DNA from: a virus
Strand: one strand, 5' to 3'
DNA length: 64,000 nt
IMG/VR virus record: IMGVR_UViG_3300028886_001504
Shown here: positions 1 through 9,938 of the stretch, in pieces
Position numbering within the stretch: the stretch's first letter is position 1
Layout of the letters: each line of letters opens with the position of its first letter
Translations under genes and position numbers: made by a program
Notes under the pieces: model-generated
Seen by the model: the letters and a program-made list of their open reading frames with translations, nothing else
What the model was told of the DNA's origin: nothing
The model's database searches: none

Positions 1-616
1 CTAACAGGTATCCGTTGGTTACAATGTTTGATGAGAAATTGATTTTTGCTTTTCTAAGTTCAGAACAGATTAAATCAATGATTTTTAAATTGTATAGAGG
101 TTCACCGCCAAACCATCTTAAAAACACATTATGTGCTGGGTCGTGTCTTTCAATGATAAACTTTACAATTTTTAAAGCTGTTTCTTCCGTCATGTCAATG
201 TGCCTGATGTTTCTCTCATAACAGTAAAAACATCTGGCATTACAATCTGTTGTTGGAAGAATAGTATATGTGGTTATTTTAGAAGTTCTAATATCATCTT
301 TCATAGTGGAAAGATAATAGTTCTTAACCTTTTTAGCGGCTTCAAATTCATTAAAGTTTTCTGTCACTAAGAAATAGTTCCCAAATAGATACTTAAAGCC
401 CTCTGATGCTTCATTTTCTTTTTTAGTAACCACTTCAAAGTCATGGTCAGTTAAAAATACCAATGATTTTGTGAGTTCATTATAAATTACTTTGCCACCG
501 TCAACATCAACGATAACACATAGTTTACTATATTTTACTTTTTTGGTATTAGTTCTTTTTTGAATACCCCCAAGTACGTTGATAATCTCGTTTGGTGATT
601 TTATGTATATATTCAT
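1..616 (-). CDS. radical SAM domain protein (N-terminal part; gene continues past window start)
   Basis: Minus-strand reading from ATG at 616 gives MNIYIKSPNEI... with CNARCFYC (CxxxCxxC) cluster; absent from ORF track because it runs off the edge. Confidence 0.55.
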   Translation of the reverse strand, partial: MNIYIKSPNEIINVLGGIQKRTNTKKVKYSKLCVIVDVDGGKVIYNELTKSLVFLTDHDFEVVTKKENEASEGFKYLFGNYFLVTENFNEFEAAKKVKNYYLSTMKDDIRTSKITTYTILPTTDCNARCFYCYERNIRHIDMTEETALKIVKFIIERHDPAHNVFLRWFGGEPLYNLKIIDLICSELRKAKINFSSNIVTNGYLL

Positions 617-675
617 TCTTCAATATTTTTGTTAAAAATACTGATTTTATACGAAGAAACCAAATAAAAAAAGAA

Positions 676-700
676 AAACCTCCACGAATGGAGGTTTTTT
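676..700. terminator. hairpin terminator (cctccacgaatggagg) flanked by A/T runs
   Basis: Inverted repeat seen directly, 3' of minus gene 723..1106. Confidence 0.5.
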
Positions 701-722
701 CATGTGCATCAATGAACAAGCA

Positions 723-1106
723 TTAGAAGTTCTTCTTAAGATACTTGTTATTGTGTTCTACGCAGTCATATGCCTTCTCAATGAAGTTGTTGAGAATGGT
801 AAGCCTCAGGAAAGAGCGCTCCATGTCATTGGCAAGGTGGTTCGCGCAGCGCGAATAGGCACGGCTTTCTGCCTTTGCCCGCGCAACTTTCTTACCGACC
901 TCTGCGTTGAACTTATCGCCAGCACCACACTTTGCAATGGCAGTAACAGAAGAATACTTCTCTGGTGCGATGAAGAGTTCACCATCTGCATCATACGGAA
1001 CCTGGAGGTGGTACGATACACGGCACTTGACAGTACCTTCCTTTTCGTTGACATAGTAGTTCGGGCGACCGAAAGTGAGTTTGATTTCGTTTCTTGAAAG
1101 TCTCAT
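723..1106 (-). CDS. hypothetical protein
   Basis: 127 aa ORF, TAA stop, followed by terminator hairpin. Confidence 0.5.
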   Translation of the reverse strand: MRLSRNEIKLTFGRPNYYVNEKEGTVKCRVSYHLQVPYDADGELFIAPEKYSSVTAIAKCGAGDKFNAEVGKKVARAKAESRAYSRCANHLANDMERSFLRLTILNNFIEKAYDCVEHNNKYLKKNF

Positions 1107-1133
1107 TTTTTTGTTTTTTTAAGGGTTAATATT

Positions 1134-1550
1134 TTAGTTGAAATTTATTTGTCCGTTTGCAAAATAGCCATAAGTGCCAGTTACATACACAGGAGTATAA
1201 TGGTAGTACCAATCGGTGATGTTGTTGCTTTCTACAGGCTTAACACCAGGCGCTGTTGCCAAAGTGATGTGTTTAGTTTGGTTATCTGATACTAAGTTCC
1301 GTACTAACACAGCCACCGCCTTATCCGATACACCAACACCAATGATTTCCAAGACAACTTTTTTACCTATAAGGTGTTTAAAGCGCTCAAAATTTTCATC
1401 TTGTGTTTCCACATTACCATTGTAACATGTCGTTCCGTGATGTGCAAAAATCGTCCAATCTTTTGGTATGAGATATTTATATCTGTCCAGAAGTTTGGCT
1501 TTAGATTCTTCATCTAAGAAACAACCGATATAGTTCCATTTCTTAACCAT
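1134..1550 (-). CDS. putative 2H phosphoesterase (LigT-like)
   Basis: Two H-x-T motifs (HGT, HIT); track start is TTG, first ATG at 1550; sigma-A -7 motif at 1569-1576. Confidence 0.4.
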   Translation of the reverse strand: MVKKWNYIGCFLDEESKAKLLDRYKYLIPKDWTIFAHHGTTCYNGNVETQDENFERFKHLIGKKVVLEIIGVGVSDKAVAVLVRNLVSDNQTKHITLATAPGVKPVESNNITDWYYHYTPVYVTGTYGYFANGQINFN

Positions 1551-1568
1551 TGTTCTTGTTATTTTTTG

Positions 1569-1576
1569 CAAAGATA
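1569..1576 (-). promoter_or_regulatory. Bacteroidota-type -7 element (TAtcTTTG on minus strand)
   Basis: CAAAGATA immediately upstream of minus-strand gene start. Confidence 0.45.
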
Positions 1577-1609
1577 ATACTTTTTTCTATAATAACAAAC
1601 TTTTTGTGA

Positions 1610-1897
1610 CTATTTTTGAACATATGGTGTGCCATCTTCGTTCACCAACATTACAACGCCAGTCTCACCAACAACCAAATACAAAACACCTGTGGCGTTG
1701 TGGCGATATATACCATGACTAATGAATATAGGTGCAACTTTTGTAAATGACTCTTTTTTAGGGGCAGGTTCGTGTTTCTCTTTTTCGTGTACTGGCTTTG
1801 TTTTTGTAGAATAGCCACTGTAATCCGCTGGAGCACAGCAAGATGTTAGAAACATACAGGCAATAAACGCAAGGATAATGATAATTTTTCTTTTCAT
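1610..1897 (-). CDS. putative lipoprotein
   Basis: N-terminal signal MKRKIIIILAFIACMFLTSCC. Confidence 0.45.
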   Translation of the reverse strand: MKRKIIIILAFIACMFLTSCCAPADYSGYSTKTKPVHEKEKHEPAPKKESFTKVAPIFISHGIYRHNATGVLYLVVGETGVVMLVNEDGTPYVQK

Positions 1898-1901
1898 AAT
1901 A

Positions 1902-2159
1902 TTAATATTTTGGCTTCTCTTTTTTCTTCACACATTGGTAAACATACCACAAATATTCGGTGGACAGTTTTCTAAGTTTTTCGCCTTTCCACTGCCATCC
2001 AGTAATACCCCACTGTGTTCCTGTAAAGTCACCCATACCTTTGTTAATGAAAAACTGTGCAATTTCAAAAGATGGGTCAACACCAAACACAAGGTTTACA
2101 ACATCTTCATGTGTCAATTCAACCGTAATGTTTTTTTCTTTGTTAGTTTTTGTTTCCAT
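1902..2159 (-). CDS. hypothetical protein
   Basis: 85 aa ORF in co-directional array. Confidence 0.4.
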   Translation of the reverse strand: METKTNKEKNITVELTHEDVVNLVFGVDPSFEIAQFFINKGMGDFTGTQWGITGWQWKGEKLRKLSTEYLWYVYQCVKKKEKPKY

Positions 2160-2183
2160 ACCGTTAGGTTTTTGCTAACTGTA

Positions 2184-2579
2184 CTATTCTGGATAATAAC
2201 ACGTGGTCTTAGGATAACCGCTTTCTTCAATTTCTTTTGCTTGCTGGGAAAGATAATAGGCCATAATCTTGAGACGCTCCGCAGAATCCCTAAGATGTGC
2301 TACCCAATCTTTCTTTTCTTCTTCTGTTTCAAAGGCGATGGGGTCACCCAAACAGCCACAAGACCATACACTATTTTTTCGTGGATGGTAAATGTCTGGA
2401 AAGAGTTCAGTTGTTTCTGGTCCGTCCTCTTCATCCTTACCGAAGCATTGGACAATAACGTTCATTTCTCCACCTGGGTAAACCATGTTGTCTGGATTAA
2501 CACCAATAGCAATAAGTTCTTCTTTCGTAAGCATATTATTAGCCAAGTTTAAAAATTTTTGTAATGTCCGTTTTCCCAA
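2184..2579 (-). CDS. hypothetical protein
   Basis: 131 aa ORF, TAG stop. Confidence 0.45.
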   Translation of the reverse strand: MGKRTLQKFLNLANNMLTKEELIAIGVNPDNMVYPGGEMNVIVQCFGKDEEDGPETTELFPDIYHPRKNSVWSCGCLGDPIAFETEEEKKDWVAHLRDSAERLKIMAYYLSQQAKEIEESGYPKTTCYYPE

Positions 2580-2850
2580 GAATCTGCAAGATTCCTCAGC
2601 ACATCAGCAACATCTTTGCTTCTGTCATCTGCCATATAAAACCCCAAATTCATAAGGTTGGACTTAATTCTGGTTCTTAGATTAATTTTCTCGTTAATAT
2701 CCATAATTTTTAGTTTACTGTTAACCTAACAAGAATAATGCCAAACTACTTTTTATACAGAGTAATTTTGTTTGTTTTCAGTATTTTTTTACTTTCTTCT
2801 TGGCTGTAGTTTAACACATCCGTAAGAAATTTTTGGAACGTAATTTTAGG

Positions 2851-2885
2851 ATGGGTTTGTTTATATTCTCTAAACCCATCCCTGA
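2851..2885. terminator. hairpin ggatgggtttg...caaacccatcc
   Basis: Inverted repeat 3' of minus gene 2913..3278. Confidence 0.45.
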
Positions 2886-2912
2886 GTTGCATATGTGTTT
2901 CAAATAAACTTT

Positions 2913-3278
2913 TCATTCTTTGTTATTTTTACAGAACTTTTTCAAATCATTTGCAACATTTTCAAAATAACTTGACATGTCGAACAAATCGCTTTTCATG
3001 TCTTCAAGGTCATCAATACAGTTCTGAACCTTATCTTTTAACTGGCGTATAGTGGCGGTAGCTACATATTTATCTTCACCGAGTAAGAATTTCATAGCCT
3101 CTGTCATGTTGTCAGGAACATTAACAATCTGATATGCCCAGCCACTGTTTTTGCTATTTGATTCTAAAACAGCGTCCTCTATTTGTGTCAACGTCTTACC
3201 TTTTTCCAGGTAATAATCAACAGAGTAAACATGCACCACTTCGCCTGTGTTTGTACTAGTTGTAATTACTATTTTCAT
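2913..3278 (-). CDS. hypothetical protein
   Basis: 121 aa ORF. Confidence 0.45.
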   Translation of the reverse strand: MKIVITTSTNTGEVVHVYSVDYYLEKGKTLTQIEDAVLESNSKNSGWAYQIVNVPDNMTEAMKFLLGEDKYVATATIRQLKDKVQNCIDDLEDMKSDLFDMSSYFENVANDLKKFCKNNKE

Positions 3279-3481
3279 TTTATAATGATTTTTGTGATGT
3301 TACTAAACATAAGAGAATATGGTATTTCTATTTTTTTGCCATGGCTTTCCAGTATGCCAACGTTTTCGTTTGCGCTTTTTTTAACATCATAAACCTCGCC
3401 TTTTACTGGCATAACGTCCTTAAAAGACTCCATGTTGTTCATGATGTAATCGACAATCTTTTCTGTAACCCTTATTTTCAT
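3275..3481 (-). CDS. hypothetical protein
   Basis: 68 aa ORF, 4-nt overlap with the upstream gene. Confidence 0.4.
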   Translation of the reverse strand: MKIRVTEKIVDYIMNNMESFKDVMPVKGEVYDVKKSANENVGILESHGKKIEIPYSLMFSNITKIIIK

Positions 3482-3657
3482 TGCTCTTCATAAATTATGG
3501 CATAACATTCACCAATCATAGGAATGTATGTGCGTTTGACTTCCGTTACCTGTGGATAGACGGTATATCCACCGCGTTTTTTCTTTTTGGCAACAACAAT
3601 CTTGATGCCATCGGTGTTAGCCACCTGTTCTGTTAATTCTTTTGCTGTCATCATAAC

Positions 3658-3933
3658 TTAAAATTGTTTGTAAAGTCTTTTAAATTTCTTAGCCTTTTTG
3701 CACCATACAAGATAACTACCTTTCCTTACATTGCTTAACAGTCTAATTATCTTTACACGATGAAAATCCTCGCAAGACCCACAGACGGGGCACTCTACAA
3801 AATAAAGCCATTTAGAACATTTTCTTAACATGGTTTGTAAACTATAATACTTGTTATTTGAATAACTGGCATTTGAGAACCATGTATCCTTTAAGCCCAG
3901 GATTTTTGCATATTGGCCATTCATATTCACCAA
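3658..3933 (-). CDS. hypothetical Cys-rich protein
   Basis: CPVCGSC motif. Confidence 0.35.
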   Translation of the reverse strand: MVNMNGQYAKILGLKDTWFSNASYSNNKYYSLQTMLRKCSKWLYFVECPVCGSCEDFHRVKIIRLLSNVRKGSYLVWCKKAKKFKRLYKQF

Positions 3934-4252
3934 AAAGTTCTGCGTCTTTTTCTGACTTCATCGTACACTTAATCATTCCACAAACATCACGGCGTGATTC
4001 AATGAACCAGATTGGATATACAACTTCGCTTAATTTTTTTTCGTCGATTATGGTCTTGTCATATCCCCAAACTTCGTGTTCCTTCATTTCATATGTAAAA
4101 GATGGCTCAATCCAAACACCTTCCTTATTTTCGCCTTTTTCCAATAATTCTTTAACATATTTTTCGGCTTTATTTCTGTCAATAAAAGCAGCAACAGCCT
4201 CAGGAAATTTTTTTCTTCCTTCTTTTCGTATTTTAAGAACAATACTAATCAT
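3854..4252 (-). CDS. hypothetical protein
   Basis: Track ORF 3854..4315 trimmed to the internal Met after the upstream stop. Confidence 0.35.
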   Translation of the reverse strand: MISIVLKIRKEGRKKFPEAVAAFIDRNKAEKYVKELLEKGENKEGVWIEPSFTYEMKEHEVWGYDKTIIDEKKLSEVVYPIWFIESRRDVCGMIKCTMKSEKDAELFGEYEWPICKNPGLKGYMVLKCQLFK

Positions 4253-4262
4253 ACTTGTTTTT

Positions 4263-5267
4263 CTAAAATTTAACGTTTTTAAGGGTGTTTTTGGCATTTT
4301 CTGTGTACCCGTCAACTAACGATACAATGTTGTACATATCGTTGTTAAACACAGCGTCACACAGGATTATGGGGTTATGTGATACCGTGATGATTTGTAC
4401 ACCAAGTTTTTCAACAATCATAGGCAGTTCCTCAACGTAAAGCCGATAAACTGACATAATGTCAAGTGACTTGTCAACTTCATCAAAAACAAAAGTAACG
4501 GGTGACTTTTTGGCATATTTCTCAAAGGACTCCAGATATTCGGCCTGAGCGTTATAACAGTTGGCCCAAGTTGAATTACCTTTTCTGCCAGCCTTTAAAT
4601 CATTGGCGATAATATCTTCAATGGAGCGATGTTCAGCACCATTGTTAATCATCTTTGTCAAAAGATAGTTGGTCTTTTGTCCTTCTGACATTATGTTTTT
4701 CCCAACACGGTACAAAATTTCTTCGGTAAAAGAACCAAACACAGAGCCGACAAGACCACCAACCGTACCACTGTTTTGTGCATAAGTTTCAGCGAATCTA
4801 TCAACATAGACGGGTGCGCCATCCCAAACAACATTGCAGGAGTTTTGTTTCAACTTCTCTACGGCTTTCAAAACGTGGGTTACGGAGATTTGCTCACCCC
4901 ATCCATGTGGAATCTGTATCGGTGTTTGTAATTTGGTGAATCCGTCTGTGATAAGGGCCGTACCAGCGATAGCTTTAATGATTGTTGATTTACCACAAGC
5001 ATTTGGGCCAAACAGGACATTAATCTTTTTGTCACAAAAATTGAAAGTTTTTGCGACTAAAGTCTCTGCTAAAAACGGATTCTCATAATCGTCTTTATGT
5101 TTCTCCCAAATTGCATGTTCTTTTTTATAGTCGGCCTTTGCCTTTGCAAACTCTTTGGGAGACATATTACTATATTCCCTATAACATCTGCTTGGGGCTA
5201 CAGGCTCCTCAATTTTCTTGTAAACATAGCCATTCCCTTCTTTGGGAAAACTTACAGAACTAATCAT
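4263..5267 (-). CDS. P-loop ATPase, ABC/SMC-like
   Basis: Walker A GPNACGKST, Walker B-like FDEVDKSLD, H-loop ITVSHN. Confidence 0.55.
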   Translation of the reverse strand: MISSVSFPKEGNGYVYKKIEEPVAPSRCYREYSNMSPKEFAKAKADYKKEHAIWEKHKDDYENPFLAETLVAKTFNFCDKKINVLFGPNACGKSTIIKAIAGTALITDGFTKLQTPIQIPHGWGEQISVTHVLKAVEKLKQNSCNVVWDGAPVYVDRFAETYAQNSGTVGGLVGSVFGSFTEEILYRVGKNIMSEGQKTNYLLTKMINNGAEHRSIEDIIANDLKAGRKGNSTWANCYNAQAEYLESFEKYAKKSPVTFVFDEVDKSLDIMSVYRLYVEELPMIVEKLGVQIITVSHNPIILCDAVFNNDMYNIVSLVDGYTENAKNTLKNVKF

Positions 5268-5808
5268 TGGTCCTTCCTCTTAGTTTATCAAATACACTAC
5301 CAACGTATGTTACTGGCGCAACATCGGAAACAATACGAAGCATATCTTGTGGATTGCTAAGGTTGAGTTGTGGATAGCCGTCATTATATTTTACATGTTC
5401 TTTACGGATGATGATGAACGCTGCAATGTCCTTGCACCACACAACAACACCAAGTTCTTTGGTAGCATCTATCTCCACCACATCGCCTTGAAACAATGGG
5501 TGTTTATACTTGTAACCCTTAATTGGAACAAGAACGCCAGCACAAAATTGAAGGGTTCTACCGTCAACCTCGATTTGTTCAAGTTCATTCTCCATGTTCC
5601 AATCGGAGAAGCCATCACGAAAAACATAGTGTTTAGTCAGAGCATTATACTCTTCTTCAAGTCTTTTCCTATCTTCCTCTTTGTTAGGCCAAATAGGAGA
5701 CGGAGTTACGGTAAGATGTTTTACATAATACCCTTCAACCCAGTTATGATTTTTTGTTGGGTCGGTATCTTTACGTAGTGCTTTACATTTAAACGTAATT
5801 TCAAACAT
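5260..5808 (-). CDS. hypothetical protein
   Basis: 182 aa ORF. Confidence 0.45.
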   Translation of the reverse strand: MFEITFKCKALRKDTDPTKNHNWVEGYYVKHLTVTPSPIWPNKEEDRKRLEEEYNALTKHYVFRDGFSDWNMENELEQIEVDGRTLQFCAGVLVPIKGYKYKHPLFQGDVVEIDATKELGVVVWCKDIAAFIIIRKEHVKYNDGYPQLNLSNPQDMLRIVSDVAPVTYVGSVFDKLRGRTND

Positions 5809-5922
5809 GGTTTCTGTTTTTTAAGTGTGTTTGCATTACACCGTGCAAGTATCGTGCCAGAATGAACATGGCAGTTCTCAACATTATAATCATTTCTTGC
5901 GCTATTTTAGTTATCAATCCAC

Positions 5923-5948
5923 CTTTTTGGTTTTTCAAACTATTTATA
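5923..5948 (+). promoter_or_regulatory. promoter-like 26-mer CTTTTTGGTTTTTCAAACTATTTATA
   Basis: Identical 26-mer at 12506-12531 upstream of tnpB; core AAACTATTTATA recurs upstream of every + strand gene. Confidence 0.5.
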
Positions 5949-5983
5949 TACAAAGATATGAAATTTTTTAAAAACAACAAAAA

Positions 5984-7192
5984 ATGAATGACGTAACATG
6001 TAAAAAACTGTTTAACACCGAAGATGGTAAGCAAAAACGAATGGTTAGTATTTTAAAAATTTTTAGAGAAAACAAGAATGTGGAAGAATATGTAAAAAAC
6101 AGATATTCGGACTCCACATCAATTAAAGAAAGTGTTTATCGTATATTAAATAATATTGAAATTAGGCCACAGTGTAGGTGCGGAAAAGTATTAGAGTTTG
6201 ATTATCCTCTAAACACTTTCCATAAATATTGCTGTTCAAAATGCCAAAATTCAGACCCAGAAAAGATTAAAAAAGACAAAAAAACTAAACTGGATAAATA
6301 TGGGTCAGAAAATTACAACAATTTTGAAAAAATGAAAGAAACTTGCTATGAACGCTATGGAACAACATCTTTCACTAAGACGAATGAGTTTATAGAAAAA
6401 ACAAAAAAGACTAATTTTGAAAAGTATGGTGTAGATTGGTGATTACAGACTGATACTTGTAAAGATGAAACGAAAAAAGTAAAAAAAGAAAAGTACGGTG
6501 ACGAGAACTATAATAATCGAAATAAGGCGAAAAATACATCACTAGAAAGATATGGGGTTGAAAACACTATGCAATGGGAGGGTTCAAAGCAAAAAGAAAA
6601 AGAAACTTGCCTAAAAAGATACGGTGTTACTTCTTATGCTAAGACAGATGAGTTTAAGAAAAAACTAAAAGCCACTTATCTTAAAAAATGAGGGGTTGAC
6701 AATTGCACAAAAAGCGAAGAATGAAAAAACAAATGATATTCAAATGAAGAGTGAGTAAAAGAAAAAGTAGATAAAATCTACAACACTATGTTAAAAAACT
6801 GTAGTTTTTCACATTCTAAACCAGAGCAAGTTATCTTCAATTTCTTAAAAAATGAGTATCCTGATACAATTTATCAATACAAAGAAAAAAGATACCCCTT
6901 CAAATGTGATTTTTATATCCCTTCAAAAGATTTATTTATTGAATACAACGGCTATTGGGCACATGGCGGACACTTTTTTAACGAGAATGATGAAAAAGAT
7001 GTAGAAAAACTGAAATCATGAAAAGAGAAAAGTAAAAAATCTAAACAATACGAAAATGCAATAAAGACATGGACAATAAAAGACCCTTTGAAACTTAAAA
7101 CTTTTCAAGAAAACAATCTTAAACACATAATACTGTGATATGACAGTTTTAAAAATTTAGAGCAGATAAAAGAAATGGTGGACGAATTTTAG
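5984..7192 (+). CDS. homing-endonuclease-like protein: Zn finger, four ~35-aa repeats (ETC..RYG), C-terminal DUF559/Vsr-like nuclease; 7 in-frame TGA read as sense
   Basis: One frame from 5984 to TAG at 7190-7192 with TGA at 6440, 6689, 6722, 6734, 6752, 7019, 7136 and no TAA/TAG; C-terminal CDFYIPSKDLFIEYNGYWAH matches the DUF559 pattern. Confidence 0.6.
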
Positions 7193-7200
7193 TCCACCAT
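7173..7200. terminator. bidirectional hairpin aatggtggac...gtccaccatt
   Basis: Inverted repeat between convergent genes. Confidence 0.5.
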
Positions 7201-7205
7201 TCTTT

Positions 7206-8357
7206 TTATTTAGCATATGCTTGCTTCCCATTATTTGCAAGAATTGACAGTTCTGTATTTTCTTTTAGTTCTTCAATAGTATTGCTATTAGTATATGTCA
7301 TACAACTTCTGAGATAAGAATCCATATTTGTTATCCAGTGTTTTAGAGAATACTTTACTTTAACTGGTTTACAAATTCCTTCACTAACTTTAGAGCCATC
7401 ACCACCTATTAGTTTTTGAGAATACCTATGTGACATACCCCTATACATCCTATACGGTATTAATAGTTTTCTTGTTTTACCCAGAAAGTTTAAATCTTCT
7501 TCTGTGTATTTCTTATAATTTTCATATTGTTCTCTTGTCAAATATGAACCGTTGGAGAAATCTTCTTCCGTTTCTGCATAGCCTATCTCTCCACATGCTT
7601 CTTCACATTCGGCAAACAATTTGCCAATCATAACAAAATCACCACCTAGTGCAAGACTTTTCTGTATTTTATCATACCAGTCAATTCCACCATCAACAAT
7701 TATTTTAGTATATTTTTTTCCATTAGGATGTGCATCAATCCATTTGCTTCTTTCGATATTAATATCATCAATTAATGTTGCAGCGCCTGTGTATACTCCA
7801 ACAGCACATGCCGTCGTACACCGACTTCCAGAACCAATACAGAGCCTCATATACGAGATACCCGCATCACAATAAAACGAATATGCTAATTCATTGTTTA
7901 CATTTCCTGTCATTAAAACAATCCTTTCTCCGTATTTGTTTTTGATTTTTTTACAAATCTCATATAAAGAGTTTAATGTTCCATGTGCCATATCAATACA
8001 AATGTATTGAACCTTGTCAGATAAATCAAACATTTCTTTTTCAAAAATGTCATACACTTCTTTTTCTGAAAAACTAACAAATGTTTCTTCTGATAATTTT
8101 AATCTATCTTCCATTGTGCACCTTTGCATAATTGACCTAGGAATTACAGGCGTTATTTTATTTTCGATGAAAACTTTATAATTTTTTTCATCAATAACGC
8201 TTTCCATTGGCGAAGCAAAGATAGGATACATTTCTCTTCCACAAACAGTTACAAAAGGATTGATATCACCCCTATGTTCTGTATAACAAATTGGTGACTG
8301 TCTAATCCCTACATCATCAAGACCGTAGGTAATTTTTGTGAGTTTACTTTTATTCAT
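7206..8357 (-). CDS. IMPDH/GMP reductase family protein (GuaC-like)
   Basis: Catalytic loop CIGSGSRCTT; phosphate-binding VDGGI...GGDFVMIG; start set at MNKSKL after the upstream stop. Confidence 0.7.
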   Translation of the reverse strand: MNKSKLTKITYGLDDVGIRQSPICYTEHRGDINPFVTVCGREMYPIFASPMESVIDEKNYKVFIENKITPVIPRSIMQRCTMEDRLKLSEETFVSFSEKEVYDIFEKEMFDLSDKVQYICIDMAHGTLNSLYEICKKIKNKYGERIVLMTGNVNNELAYSFYCDAGISYMRLCIGSGSRCTTACAVGVYTGAATLIDDINIERSKWIDAHPNGKKYTKIIVDGGIDWYDKIQKSLALGGDFVMIGKLFAECEEACGEIGYAETEEDFSNGSYLTREQYENYKKYTEEDLNFLGKTRKLLIPYRMYRGMSHRYSQKLIGGDGSKVSEGICKPVKVKYSLKHWITNMDSYLRSCMTYTNSNTIEELKENTELSILANNGKQAYAK

Positions 8358-8370
8358 GTTACGTCTTCCA

Positions 8371-8613
8371 TTACTGTTGTGCATTAGGGTCACATAATTT
8401 TGCTTCAAACAATTTCTTTCCTTCAACAATTACTTCCATGCCATCTGTTTTGTTTTCAATACAATAGTTTTGGAAATAGAAAGAAAACAATGCAACAATT
8501 TCGTTTGGTGTAATTTCGCGTGAATCTTTGCTTAGTTTGTCACTATTTTGAAGTTTCTTAGATAAGAAAAGTTTGTTACCGTCTGATTTAAACGTATAAT
8601 CATTTGCTGCCAT
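8371..8613 (-). CDS. hypothetical protein
   Basis: 80 aa ORF. Confidence 0.4.
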   Translation of the reverse strand: MAANDYTFKSDGNKLFLSKKLQNSDKLSKDSREITPNEIVALFSFYFQNYCIENKTDGMEVIVEGKKLFEAKLCDPNAQQ

Positions 8614-8634
8614 AATAATATATTTTTAGTTTTG

Positions 8635-9393
8635 TTATTTTACACATTCATAGATTGTTAATAAAGTGTTATCGTCAAGTGGTTCGATAAATCTATCAAA
8701 GAACTGGCTTACCCAGATAAATTGGTTAACATTCGGTTCAAGTTCCTTCCAGCCCTCTTTTTCTGACAAAAAGGCATACCCCCAAAAAGCAGTGTTAGAA
8801 ATGACATATGTCTTTTTGTCACCATATTTCTCGAAGTAGGTTGTTCTGTTTTTCATGTTTTCATAAACAATCTTGTCTTCTTCGGTCTTTGGTTCTTTTC
8901 CTTCCATTACCATTTCCCAGGCGGTTTTATATACCGCTTGATTATTAAGATGTATAGAGTCCCAATCAATGTCTTTCTTTCTTGCTTGAAATGTCTCTTC
9001 ACCGTTCAAGGTCTTAAACGGCACAGAGAAAAACTTACCCATTGCATATGCCCTCCACTTACCATTTGGGTTCTCTGTAGTATATGCATCACCTGTATCT
9101 GGGTCGTGTTCATATGCAGATGTCATTGTAAGGAAGAAATCATCTGGTGTCATTTCTTTAATGTCTTTCAGTTCTTCTTTCAACGTTGCTACGTATGCAG
9201 CAGGTAACCCAGCCTTTTCTATCAAGCTCTGATATAATTCTATTTGTCTTTCTTGCAGTTTTTTTGCATCGTTAAACTTGAACAGTATGTGCTTATTGCC
9301 ATTACCGTTTGATACACCATAAGGCTCCATTAATTTTTCTGGGTTCTCCCCAGCAACAATGCACACAAAATGTGCAAAATCATCAGCGTTCAT
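8635..9393 (-). CDS. hypothetical protein
   Basis: 252 aa ORF. Confidence 0.45.
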   Translation of the reverse strand: MNADDFAHFVCIVAGENPEKLMEPYGVSNGNGNKHILFKFNDAKKLQERQIELYQSLIEKAGLPAAYVATLKEELKDIKEMTPDDFFLTMTSAYEHDPDTGDAYTTENPNGKWRAYAMGKFFSVPFKTLNGEETFQARKKDIDWDSIHLNNQAVYKTAWEMVMEGKEPKTEEDKIVYENMKNRTTYFEKYGDKKTYVISNTAFWGYAFLSEKEGWKELEPNVNQFIWVSQFFDRFIEPLDDNTLLTIYECVK

Positions 9394-9659
9394 TAATTCT
9401 TTGTTTTTGGCAAATTATTATTGTGTAGATTTTTATAGATACTTAACGTCTTCACTAGCGCATATGTCTTGCTCTGCTCTTCTCCAAGACGCTTTCTATT
9501 CAACCCATATATCAATAGATAAATTTCTTTATATGTCATCTTTGTTTCTTTTTTTCCAAGAAACCAACAACATATTTTATAGAGCCAGTTATTTTTAACT
9601 ACCCTAGTTACTTTATCATCCATCCAAGATAAGTCTATTTTCTCTTTCGGTGTTTCCAT
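9393..9659 (-). CDS. hypothetical protein
   Basis: 88 aa ORF. Confidence 0.35.
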   Translation of the reverse strand: METPKEKIDLSWMDDKVTRVVKNNWLYKICCWFLGKKETKMTYKEIYLLIYGLNRKRLGEEQSKTYALVKTLSIYKNLHNNNLPKTKN

Positions 9660-9660
9660 A

Positions 9661-9891
9661 TTACAACATGATTACACCACCCCAAGACAATCCCATTATA
9701 ACAGACAGAATCAGTCGAAATTTGGCAAAAAATGTCGTGGCATTATTGATATCTTTTTCTTTGTCAAGCACTTGGAAATTGTTTTTCCAAGAGTTCGTGG
9801 CGTTTATATCGGTTACGATATTGCTTATGTACAAACATGTGGTAAATATTGCTACCACACAACAAATGTATTTTAATATTACCTGAATCAT
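9661..9891 (-). CDS. small membrane protein
   Basis: Hydrophobic 76 aa ORF. Confidence 0.35.
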   Translation of the reverse strand: MIQVILKYICCVVAIFTTCLYISNIVTDINATNSWKNNFQVLDKEKDINNATTFFAKFRLILSVIMGLSWGGVIML

Positions 9892-9938
9892 GTTTCAAAT
9901 ATATGTTTTATTTTTGTAATAAACAAAAAAAGAAGGTT

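Noticed and set aside
15-221. + strand 68-aa ORF at window start
   Set aside because: It lies antisense to a convincing radical SAM gene on the minus strand (CxxxCxxC motif), so it is a shadow ORF.
6656-6667. Apparent frameshift or TAA in the A-run of the HEase-like gene
   Set aside because: A first pass suggested a stop after AAGAAAAAC. Recounting the A6 run shows the frame is continuous (track ORFs 5984..6442 and 6788..7021 are in the same frame). No frameshift is needed.
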